A stretch of DNA of 64,000 nucleotides from assembly GCF_009914755.1 (NCBI RefSeq), contig NC_060927.1; one strand, given 5' to 3'. This document shows positions 42,951 through 64,000 of the stretch, piece by piece. This DNA comes from the human T2T-CHM13v2.0 reference genome, Homo sapiens. The position numbers and the translations under genes are program-made. The first letter of the stretch is position 1. Each line of letters begins with the position of its first letter. The notes beneath the pieces are model-generated. The model was not told the DNA's origin, did not search any database, and saw only the letters and a list, made by a program, of their open reading frames with translations.

Positions 42951-44189
42951 TTTTACAAAGTTAAAAGCTTCTTTTTTCTTTCTGTTTCTTTTGTCTTTTT
43001 GCAGGAGAGGAGGAGAGGCTGAATTTTTCATATAACTGGGGTTAAAATACTATTATGATTTTGGTAACATCTGTTTATTGTGCACAGGTGTTCATGCACA
43101 CACACAGACACAAGACACCTGTCTAAGAGCTGCCTATGGCTAGTAAGTTAGCTCACATAAAGTTAGTAAAGTTAGTAAGTTAGTAAGTTGCCCACATAGA
43201 GTGGGCAGACATTTTGTTAACAACACCAAGACGTATAAAACATTCTGTAAATGTTATTTTATAAAAAATTCTGTAAAAATTTTTGATTTCTTGGGACAAA
43301 CTTTTATTTCTGATAAAGCCTATTAGTTCAGAAGGATGTCTTGGTACCATAAAAAGATATCAGAAAAATTACAAATTATAATCAATATGTACTTTATTAT
43401 TCTGTAGGTGCAATAATGAAAGAAAACCTGGGTGACAGTCAACTTGTAGAGCTAAAAGGGATCCTAGAGACAACATAGCTAACACCTAGGATTTCTTACA
43501 GCTTAAAAGAGGTACAGATCAGTCCTATCTTCTAAGACTTCCAAAATGTTAGAAACAAAGAAATACCTAAACCAGCTTACAACATTTACAACATTTTTTA
43601 AAGTTTGAAAATTTCAAATTAAAATTTAGTCAGCATACAAAATACAATGCAACATAACTGCATTGGTCACAAGTTATAGTTTTTAAAAACAAATACTAAC
43701 ACCACATTACACAGGCAGTGAGTTCAGATAATGAGACATAAAGTTTTGTGGAGAACGTTATCTATTATCCATCCTTGAGTATCTTTCTCTGATCACGTGT
43801 AAAACAATACATAGAGTTCATGTTTAAGCATCTACACCTAAGGCTTTAAATCCTAGGCCAAATGACCCACTTAGCCACTTTTTTTCATTTTACTGATGAC
43901 AAAATGGAAGCCCAAAGGGGGAACTGCTTTATCCAGCATTGTTTCACTGAGTGGCAGAGCCCGGGCTGGAGCCAGAACTCTGAATGCTAGACCAATGTTT
44001 TCTCATCTGAGTGCGTTCTCTCTCTTTGCTACAATGTTTCAGTAAGAGGAGATTTTTCTGTTGAAATTTCATTGAAGGGAAGAGATAATCCTGGGCCAAT
44101 AGAAATTCACTCCTTCAATGAAATATTTTATTTTAAAAGTTACCTGAAAGTCTGTGGTTATTCTCTTATCCCTCCTGCCCTTGTTTAAG

Positions 44190-44680
44190 TTATATATTGA
44201 TGAATAACAGAGCACCCCAAAACTTAGTGGCTTAAAAAGATAATAATTTATTATTATTCACAGTACTTACATTAGGAATGCTAGTAGAGCTTATCTGGGC
44301 AGTTCTTCTGTTCCATATGGGGTGGGCTGGGCTGGGAGCTACAAGAAGATGCTACTTACTTGTCCCACATTGCATCTCTGAACTTCACCATGTGTCCTTC
44401 TTTCTCCATGTGGTGTTTCATCATTTAGTATTCTGGCCCAAGCTTTTTTAGAGCGTGGCATCTGGCTTTCTACATTCAAAGTGGAAGCTCTTAAAGGCCT
44501 CTTGAAGACCTTGACCAGAACTGGCAGAGTGTCACCCCCACCATATTCCACCAGCCAAAGCAGGTCACAGGCAGGACCAGATTCAGAAAAAGGGGCAGAG
44601 CATTTACCTCTTGATGGTTGGAATGACATGCAGGTACAGGGTGGGAAGGAATGGAGGGAAGTCGTCTTTGGATACTATTC
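44190..44680 (-). mobile_element. MaLR LTR (MLT1F/G/H-like)
   Basis: CACCCCAAAACTTAGTGGCTTAAAA...GGGCAGTTCTTCTG...AGAACTGGCA...CCTCTTGATGG. Confidence 0.65.
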
Positions 44681-45604
44681 ACCACTCTCCCTTAGCACGT
44701 ACTTGGTATTTCTTTTCTGAAGACCAGAACACATTGCTTCTTTCAAACTTGTTTTTATTTTAAAGCATAAATTAGAACATGAGTTGCACATATGCTTACC
44801 CACTTGGTCCTTTCCTTATTGACTAAAGATAGAACAGACTTGTTCTAAACAGGCTTCAGTTAATGCAAAGTATGTAGGCCACCCCTATAGAAACTTGCTT
44901 CATAATCAAGAATTCATGTAATGTTTTAGTTTTTCTTTTGCCTCAGCCCTCCTGGTATTAGCCAATAAAAGAATTATAGTTTTAATAACTAGTTGACAGA
45001 GCTGATTTTATCGATTTTAATAAATAATCAAACATGCCTGAAAGCAAAAACATCAAACAAATGATTTAAATCCCTAAAACCTTGCCTGTGCTAATCATGA
45101 AACTCAGTTAAATGACTAAGATAAAACAGATTAGTGTCATTAGGCAAAAAAAGAACATGCACCAATTACAGAATATGTCTTATCAGTTTGCGTAATAAAA
45201 ACCTCAAATGCTAGATGAGCAGCTGTGCTCTCACACATTTGTGGAGTGTTTCAGACTCTTATTTTAAATAGTCATCCAAGGGAAACCAATAACCACATCA
45301 TAAGAAAGAGGAAGGGAATGTGTATTAAGGGCCCGCCCTTCCCTCATGGCGTTCTGTCCTTTTGTATTTTTCCTGAGCCTTATAAAGTTTGGCGAAGCTG
45401 GATACAAAGACTCAGAGATGAAGTAAGTAGTCCAAGGACCTACAGCTAATGAGAGGTGGAAGTAGGATTTGTACCCAGGTCTTAGTGGTTAACCAAGTCC
45501 ATGTGATTTCTACCACTCCTATGCTACTTCTCAAAAGGGAATAAAACCACAGCTTATCAGGAGCAATGCTCCTTGGATCAACCCTAAGACCTTTCCTGTT
45601 TATT

Positions 45605-49435
<3,831 letters not shown>

Positions 49436-49619
49436 TTTCCTGTTTATTGCCAAACCTTCGCCATAGCACCAAGGGGAAGATGGATGCTATTTTCACTGAT
49501 GTCATTCTTGTGTCTTAGGGTTCCTGTTAAAACCCCAACTTCCTGTTAATAACCTATTTGTAATTTCAGCATATGTAATGTCTTTGGAGTAATTGGCTCC
49601 AGAGTGGCGTATGTGCCAT

Positions 49620-50009
49620 TGTATTAGTTAGTTCTTTTGCTGCTATAAAGAACTTTTACTGCTTTCCTAGACTGGGTAATTTATAAAGGAAAGAGGCTTA
49701 ATTGACTCACAGTTCCGCATTGTCGGGGAGGCCTCAGGAAACTTACAAACATGGCAGAAGGCAAAGGAGCAGCAGGCACCTTCTTCACAGGGCTTTAGGA
49801 CGGAGTGAGTGCAAACAGGGGAAATGCCAGACGCTTATAAAACCATAAGATCTCGTGAGACTCACTGACTATCGTGAGAACAGCATGCAGGTGATGCTGT
49901 TGCCTGGTTCCAACCTTGACAGCAGGATTCAGTTACCTTCACCTGGTTCCAACCTTGACTCATGGGGATTGTAGGGATTACAATTCAAGGTGAGAGCCAA
50001 ACTATATCA
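49620..50009 (-). mobile_element. MSTA/THE1D-like MaLR solo LTR
   Basis: TGTATTAGT...ACTGGGTAATTTATAAAGGAAAGAGG...CCAAACTATATCA; 5-bp TSD GCCAT/GCCGT. Confidence 0.85.
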
Positions 50010-51162
50010 GCCGTATACTGCCCTGGTTTTTATACTTTGGGGTATTACTCAAGGGTTCTTCACCTTTTTATACCCTTTTATTTTTAATTACTGTAGATAC
50101 ATAATAGTTTTACATATTTCTGAGGTGCATGCTATCATCTGTTTTTTGTGAAGTTTACTGGAACACCATGACTTTATTTATATATTGTCTATGGCTACCT
50201 CTAAGAAAATGAAAAAACAAAAACAAAAAGTCTTCCACTTTGTTATGCAGAGCAATACAATTTTCCTTAGTTCTCCCTTAAAACTCCATTCCAGGTCTCC
50301 TTTCAATTCCAAAGATTTGGTCAAAGCTTTGAAAATACCTATTGTTAGGACAAATGATGTTCTTAAATTTAGGGCCCCTCTTCTCAGCCCTAATATGTGG
50401 GTAAGGAGAGTTTGTTTTTTCTATTAGTCATTCAGAATGTGTATAATTTGTCTGTAAATTTAACAAAGCCAACTTTGACCCCTGAGTGCTTTCATTTAGT
50501 TGAAGATTTAAGAGAGTGAAGAGACTCCATAATTGTATGTGAGACTGAAATGAAGAGTTTACTTTTTTTTTTTTTTTTACTATGGAAGTGAAGTCAATTG
50601 GTTAAGAAGTGTCTGAAAACTGTGGGTATTTCAGTTCCATTTCTCTGATACTATAGCAAAGAAAACAAAGATTGGCAAAATCCTATAATGCCATTCAAAC
50701 ATAGCCTGGGAGGGAATCCAAGAACACAGGCTCTAAAACAAATAAATCACTTGCTATTATGAAGTATGGAAAGCACAGTGATCTCAGACCTAAAGAAGGA
50801 AATAATCACTGCTCATACTGTGTTTGAAAACACAAGTATTAAAGAGAGAACTGTGGAAACTTACTCTGGAAGTTTCAGATGAAATAAATTCCCAGAGATG
50901 AGTGCATCTGACAACCAGAAATGGCAACGCTGTGAGTTAGAGGTGATATGGTCTTTAGGCCAGAAGAGAAAGGGATGGTGTGAATGGTCTCAACCCCTTT
51001 CTCTAGCTCCCTCCTGGACTGAGCAGGAGAGCCTGCTGGTTCCAATCCATGATCCAGAGCTGGAGGAAAGAGATGTGACTCCAAACTGAAATCATGAAGC
51101 TTGAAGTTATTTTCAAGCAGCAGTGTCTGTTGGTCCCTGGGGAAGGTAAAATCTCTTTTACC

Positions 51163-51630
51163 TGCTATGGGAGTCAAAAAATGGCTCCTCAAAAATGTCT
51201 GCATCCTATCCTTGGAACCTCTGACTTTGTTACCTTTACAAGGGAAAGTGGACTTTGTAGATGTGATTAAGAATCTTGAGATGTGAAGCATTTTTTTTTT
51301 TGTTGATTATCCAGGTGGGCTCAATGTCATCACAAGGGTGCTTAAGAGGGAAAGAGGAAGCCATGAGGGTCAGAGTCAAAGGAAGACTTGAAGATACTAC
51401 ACTGCGGACTTTAAAGATGAAGGAAGGGGCGAAAACCAAGAATGTGGGAAGCCTCTAGAAGCTAGAGAAGGCAAGGAAACAAATTTTCCACTAGAGCCTC
51501 CAGAAGGAACACAGCCCTGCTGACCCACTGTAATGTCTGACCTCTAGATGTGTAAGGTAATACATTTTTGTTTTTTTAAGGCACTAAATTTGTGGTAATT
51601 TGTTACATCAGCCATAGAAAACTGGTGTAC
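51163..51630 (+). mobile_element. MLT1D-like LTR hosting SAMMSON exon 2
   Basis: GGACTTTGTAGATGTGATTAAG, CTAGAGCCTCCAGAAGGAACACAGCCCTGC, TTTGTGGTAATTTGTTACA. Confidence 0.85.
51315..51556 (+). ncRNA. SAMMSON: SAMMSON exon 2
   Basis: T11-GTTGATTATCCAG acceptor (inferred); donor AAG|GTAATA; the junction with exon 3 gives CCTCTAGATGTGTAAGGGTAGT, recognised as spliced SAMMSON sequence. Confidence 0.75.
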
Positions 51631-52107
51631 TTACTTGCCCCTTTTTATTCTACTACCAAGAAGGGTCTTTGACATGACCCAGTGAAATCAGAAGACATGA
51701 ATTGGGCCAGACTGTAGAAGGTGCAACTTTGAGTGTGATGTAGAGAATGGTGAGGCTTTGCTGTGGCAAAGTTTTCTGTTTCTTACCTTTGGTTGTCAAT
51801 GGGAAGTTCTCGTACATAGATAGGATGGTATAAGGGTCTTGGGGCCTCTTCTACCATACAAGGAAGCACCGTTCTTCCTTTTTATCTACCCTAAAAGGCT
51901 GAGTAAAGAAGATAACTGTGATCAATAATCTACTATCCAGTTTGTAGACTCTGGAGGAAGATCATCTAGTTTTGAAACATACTTGCTGTGTCATTTTAAG
52001 CAAGTCAGTTAATTTTGGTTTTCCTATTTTTGAGAAAAGGATAAAATTAACTACCTGTTCCTTTATTTAGGTAAAACACTTGAACAGTTTCTGGCATATA
52101 GTAAATG

Positions 52108-52131
52108 TGATGATGATGATGATGATGATGG
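52108..52131. repeat. (GAT)n short repeat
   Basis: Directly visible. Confidence 0.9.
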
Positions 52132-52477
52132 TGATAATCATGATTTTAAGTTCCGAATTTGTCTAGGTTTTGACTCTGGCTTTGTTATTTTTAGGTTTGT
52201 AGTCTTGCCTAGTTTTTTAAAGCCTGAATGAGTTTCTTTTTTTAAAAAAATATGAACTAGAAGCAATAAGAGTAGCCTCCTCAAAGGTTGTTATGAGGAG
52301 TAAAATCATACATATAAAGCATTTGGCACATAGTAAGTGCTCAGTTATAGTCAGTCATGTTGCTTTATGAATTGTAGTCAATGGAGCTCCAGGCAAAGGA
52401 GGCCAGTACATGAGCCTCCCTAGGATGTAATTCTTCTTCATCTTCTTTCATTCCGCTTCTCCTTCTCTTTCTTTCAG

Positions 52478-52630
52478 GGTAGTAAGACTGAAAGTCTCAG
52501 AAAGGCACTGTTAAATTCTTATTCCTCAACTATGCAACTCAAAACTGGGGTCCTCAGCAGTGAGCGAGGGGTGAGAGAAGACACTGTATAAACATGGCAC
52601 ATCCTCCTGGAAAGTCAACTTTACTCAAAG
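52478..52630 (+). ncRNA. SAMMSON: SAMMSON exon 3
   Basis: ~45-nt polypyrimidine tract ending CTTTCAG; donor AAG|GTAAAT. Confidence 0.8.
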
Positions 52631-52751
52631 GTAAATAATTTAACATATTTTTCTTTTTAAAACACACATGGATGTATTATGAAGGAGAATGCAAATTTTG
52701 CATGAATTTTTAAGAATAGGTGTGGATTATTCAACCACTTTCTTATTGCAG

Positions 52752-58745
<5,994 letters not shown>

Positions 58746-61231
58746 CAGAAGTGCTGTTCTTAGGAATTAATATTCCATATTAACACATTCAAGGGCCTGA
58801 GAAGTCTTGCAGTAAGGAACCCTGTTTGGCTTTGTTTGACAGCCTTTGTCACACTTATTGGCAACTTGGGTAACAACTATTAAAATTTGGTGGAATGTGA
58901 GTTCCCTGAATCCTCTCTGTGAAGAAATGCTTCTTCAAGTCCAGAATCCAGAAGCTCAGGAAATTCTTGCTTGGCTCTCTTTTCATAGGCAGAAACAATG
59001 CAAAGGCCTTAAAGGTAGAGTTAAAAATGCTCTTGTGCATCACAACCAGACAAATGATGGTGTTCCTGCAGCATATGAGGGACTGGGCCGAGCACCAGTT
59101 GCAATTATGTGATTAGCCAAATCCCCACGTCAATTTTGCAGAAAAGAGTACTAAATATGGATCTAAAAGTCATGTTTATTCCCTTTTATTCTTTCCTTTA
59201 GCCTTCTCTGTCTCCTCAATTCTTTATTTTTCCACAATCAAGAGCTAAGAGATTAATGCAGAAAGCAAAAATTCAACAGGAACATGGGTCTTCAGGCACC
59301 CTAGACGAAAGAGTACAATTTTTGACCTCTCCTAGGAAATGACCAAAGGAACTGAAATTATGCAAATGCTCTGGATTTGCACTGATTTTCTTCTATTAGT
59401 CTGCCCACCAATATGGAGACTGTGGCATCTGTGGTAGTGGCAGATGAATCAACAGAACCAGGCCTGGCTGCAGGCAAACTTGTCAAAGAGGTGGTGGTGT
59501 TTATTGCAGAGTCTTCCCATCCCTGTGCAGCTTGGGATGGCAGAGCCTGCAAACTCCTCATACTCCACAGCTTTCATCCACACATTTCTCTTCGCCTTCT
59601 AATCATCTGATTGAGCCTACTTGGATCTCATTCCTTTCCCATTAGCTAATGAGAATAGTAACAATAATAATTAATAATAATAATGATAATAGCAGTAGCA
59701 GCTACTGTTGATCGAGCGCCTTTTACAATTCAGGCATGATGCAAAGTAAGCCCTTTATGGACATCATTCCACGTCATCTTCCCAACAACTGTAGGAAACA
59801 TGCATCCTTATATAAACATACCTTGTTATTTAGCAATGAAGGAATGAGATTTAGAATGTTTAAGCAAGTTTCTTAGTGCCAGAAAGTGAGAAAATGGCAG
59901 AACCAAGTTCTGAAAGTGTTGGTAATGGTGAATGAAATGAAATGTTTGTATTCTAGCAGAGGCCCTCTGGAGATTATGATGCCATAGCTTCAAGAACGGA
60001 GTTAAATGTTGGAATTTTATTTTCCATGGAAAGTGACTTTAGAGCATTTCCTCTTTTCACCACATTGGCTGTTCATGGAAAACATTCCCTGTGTGTGTGT
60101 ACATTCAGGGTGGGGAGGTGGGAAGAGAAGGGAGGATGTGAGACGTGAGAAAACCTTTTCCAGTAACAGGCCACCAAAACACATTTCCTGTCATAATTAG
60201 TGTAATGAGTTCTCATTTTCAGTTAAAATATATTTTTTCATATTAGATTTTCTTTTATTTCAGTTTGATATGTTTACTTTTCAAGAAAGAAGCCAGTATA
60301 TGGCCTCTTTTTCAGCCTTGTTAACCTTTTGCTGTTTTTATAACTGTTTACCTATTTTTAGACATTTTAGTCAATGAAAATGATGAAGTTCATCCACTTA
60401 TAAAATAAAACATCTGTGGCAAAATGAGGAAGTGGCAAAATGCTAAAAGAGCAGTCAAGAAAAACATAGCTTGTTTAAATAATGCCAAATGTATTTCTAC
60501 TAGGCCTGATTATATTTAGTTTTTTCACTTTTCAAAACCTCTCTTTGGTCTTCTGTAATTAATTGTCTTTAAGGATCCAAATCATTTTCAGTGGAACGGC
60601 TCAAAGATTTTCTCAGATTGTGGTGATATTAACAGGGAAAAAAACCCATCATCATTATATATTTTATTATTTTGGGATTGTTTTCAAGCCACCAGAGTAA
60701 TTGGACTGTAGCCTGCTCCAATTAATAAGGTTTTTGAGTGCATTTGTACAAATCTGTTTTTTTGGAAGCAAAAATCTTGACTTAAAAAAACTAGCTTGCA
60801 GCTGAGACTTATTGCTATGCATAGATAAAACCTGAGGGCCATTTCTTTTTTAATAATTATTTTCAAAGAAACCTATGAAATCTTCATCAACATTTTTAAG
60901 AAGTAGTTCTTATCAAGGGGAAGAAAGACTTTGAGGTCTAAACCTGTTTAGGCACCAGAATGGAGGCGGTAGGTGACAGCGTTTCACATCACCTGCTGAG
61001 TATTAGTAGTGCTTGCTGGAAGGCAACATCTTAACGAGAAGGGCCTTTTGTTTTTTACCAATTTAAAGATTTTGTTCCTCCAATAATCTGTTGTCCTTGA
61101 GTTGGGGCTAGAATATACAGGGATTTCTACAAACCGATTCTGCCCAGTAATTCAGGGGATTCAAATGACAACGTGATATTCCAACTGGCCCCCCAAATGT
61201 ACCTAATTTGATTTCATTAAGAAATTGTTGC

Positions 61232-61405
61232 CGGGTGGGGGGAGGGAGGAGGGATAGCATTAGGAGATATACCTAATGCTAAATGAGGAGTTAATGGGTG
61301 CAGTACACCAACATGGCACATGTATACATATGTAACAAACTTACACATTGTGCACATGTACCCTAAAACTTAAAGTATAATAACAAAAAAAAAAAAAAAA
61401 AAAAA
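61232..61405 (+). mobile_element. Short L1PA 3'-end insertion
   Basis: GGGATAGCATTAGGAGATATACCTAATG...ACTTAAAGTATAATAA + poly-A; TSD AAGAAATTGT. Confidence 0.92.
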
Positions 61406-62131
61406 AAGAAATTGTATTGTGATACTGCCAGTAGGGAAGACAGACAACCAGTTATTTATGAGTCCTCGTGTTTTTTTGGTTCTTTTGGTCTTTCAGTTGG
61501 GAACATTTATGGAACTAATTTTATTTCGTATTGCAAAATCTATGTAGCACTCTGACTTGTATCATAAATTCCAAAGACAATTCTAATTGACTAGATGAAA
61601 TAAAGTCCCTTTGGACTTAGCATCTTACCATTTCACCATGTCTTCTTGGGTTGTTTCTCAAGAATACCATTAAATAATTCACTGATTCTCATCAAGTTTG
61701 GTGCACAGCTAAAGGGCCTAAGCCCTTCTAAAAGATTCAAGTTTCATTTGGTTTGACTTTCTCATTTTGAAACAAAATATTAGCTGACACCATTTTCAAG
61801 TGGAATAGCTCTGCCATGTAAAAATTGTTTTTGTTATCATTTTATTCTGGGGATGAAGGAAAGATTGAGTGGATACATTTCTTGTGAAGAAAAAGTTGGG
61901 TTGGTATTTCATGTAATTGCCTTGAATTAAGACAATGGTTAGAAGAATTGGGTCCAATTTTCCTATTAATACAGTATTCCACTGGACACTAAAACATCGC
62001 TATGATCCGAATTGCAAAATCTCACCTCATCTCATAATCTCTGCTTTGATGTTGGCTTCTTAAAATTCATTTTAGTGAAAAGTGCAAATAATTTCCAGTC
62101 TCAAAGACTAGGAATCTTATATGTTTCTTTA

Positions 62132-62473
<342 letters not shown>

Positions 62474-62859
62474 TTATTTCCTGTAGTCATGAATTTCTTA
62501 CTGTGTAGCTATTACTCATGCCACTGTTCAAAATTAACATCTGGGAGGCAGTGTTCATAGTAAGTAAAAATGTGAATCTTAACTCTGCTGTAACTTCTCC
62601 TCCTACTTCTCCTTGATTCAGTAATTATCGGTGGCTCCCATTTGTCCACTATCAGAAATTTAGCTGCATTTGCTTGTTGTTTGAAGCAAGGTATGATCTC
62701 TATTTCGAGCTCTTGCCATGTCCATTTCTTTTGTCATGTGTATGTATTCCAATAAAACTTTATTTACAAAAATAGGCCTGGGCCAAATTTGGACTGCAAG
62801 CCATAGTTTGCCAACCTGTTATTGAGTCTTACAACCTACACCATGTCCATTTCTGTCTC

Positions 62860-63180
62860 TGTCCTTCTGTTCATATTGAGCTTTCCTCCCAGAATGCCCA
62901 CAGTTTTTCCTTCTGCCTGTCTCCAGCTGACCTTATCAGGCTTGGTGCAGCTCTTCCTTCCTATTTTTTTCCTAATCATGGTTACCCAAACTGGTCTATC
63001 CCTAATTTCACATCTGCCTCAATCACTAGCAGGTCTACGCAATTCTGCCTGGGATTGCACTCTCATTATTCTGTCTGTCTCATTTCCTCAGTTAGATTGG
63101 CAGTTCTTTGACCCAAAGAACAATGTCTCACATTTCTTTTATATTCCTACAATGAGCGGTACAAGTCTAGACATATAGTG
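62860..63180. mobile_element. L2 fragment, preceded by a MER58-like end (~62745-62820)
   Basis: TTAGATTGGCAGTTCTTTGA...ATGTCT...TTTATATTCCTACA...ACATATAG resembles an L2 3' end. Confidence 0.45.
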
Positions 63181-64000
63181 GAAATGGAACCATTGCATGC
63201 TTTTCACTGATATACGATGATAAAAGCTTAATAGTTTCCTATTATTTTTCATGATTTATCTTCTCTGTTTTTACAAATCCACTTCTTCTAGTTGTCACAA
63301 ATTAAACATTAGGCAGACATATAATTTCTGATTGGAATAGAAACTAGTAGATGATATTAGACCAGCATTACCTCAAAAATAATAATAAAATTAGCTGATA
63401 TTTGTCAACAACTCATCATATACCACCAAATGAAATGTAGGATTTGAGAAAACAAGCTGTTTGCCCAAAGACATGGAGCCAGTAAGCAGCAAAGCCTCTG
63501 ATGCCAGGAGACCCCTCCCAGCCACCATGCTCTGCTGCCTCCCAGCTGAATTTTGCTTCCCCGTAATCCGTGGTTCTTCACTTGGTCCTTGAAAGATACT
63601 TACATGGAAGAGGCAAAGGAAAGCATTCGGATTTTCCTTTGTTGACAGGGGCTTTGACTACAAACCTCATCGTAGAAGACCGTCATTTAGGCTGGTTCCA
63701 AGAAAGGCTTTTTGCTTTGTTTTCCAGAGATGAGAATCTAAACTGAATAATCTGTTTGCTTCTACCTTGTGCAGATCTTGGATCTTAACATTGATAGCAA
63801 AACAAAAGATGCAGAGGAAAAGGAGTGAGAGAGGCAGAAAACTCAAGAATGTTTAATTCCTTGGGGCTGTTTAGTCAATTGTGAGAAGAGGTGGAAGATG
63901 ACCTAAGACTGTTGAGGTCATGAGCTTGCCCCATTCTTGGTGAAAGGGGAGAAGATGGGGCTGGAAGAGGCCTTGAGCTTCCTGTAGATAACACCATGGG

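Noticed and set aside
58846-59610. Cluster of short ORFs suggesting a processed pseudogene
   Set aside because: No recognisable protein, poly-A tail or TSD.

Overview
Primate DNA, almost certainly human chr3p13. The window holds the last intron, last coding exon (3799-4200) and ~3.1-kb 3'UTR of MITF (+). A repeat-rich spacer follows, containing a near full-length dead HERV-L provirus (15557-22106). Next is the melanoma lncRNA SAMMSON (+): its promoter and exon 1 lie in a solo LTR1, and exons 2-4 (51315-~54.2 kb) lie between two antisense L1PA elements. There are no prokaryotic-type features, and I found no wholly new multi-gene system. The most unusual observations are five. (1) Splicing SAMMSON exon 1 to exon 2 creates a first-AUG, strong-Kozak 141-aa ORF built from two unrelated LTRs. 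(2) The two L1s bracketing exons 2-4 have separate TSDs but share disabling mutations, suggesting gene conversion and an NAHR substrate. (3) The second L1 carries a 3' transduction. (4) Exon 4 contains an ~80-bp locally templated insertion. (5) The HERV-L 3' LTR has a perfect DUX4 motif. Repeat subfamily calls and consensus comparisons are from memory and need confirmation with RepeatMasker/Dfam.
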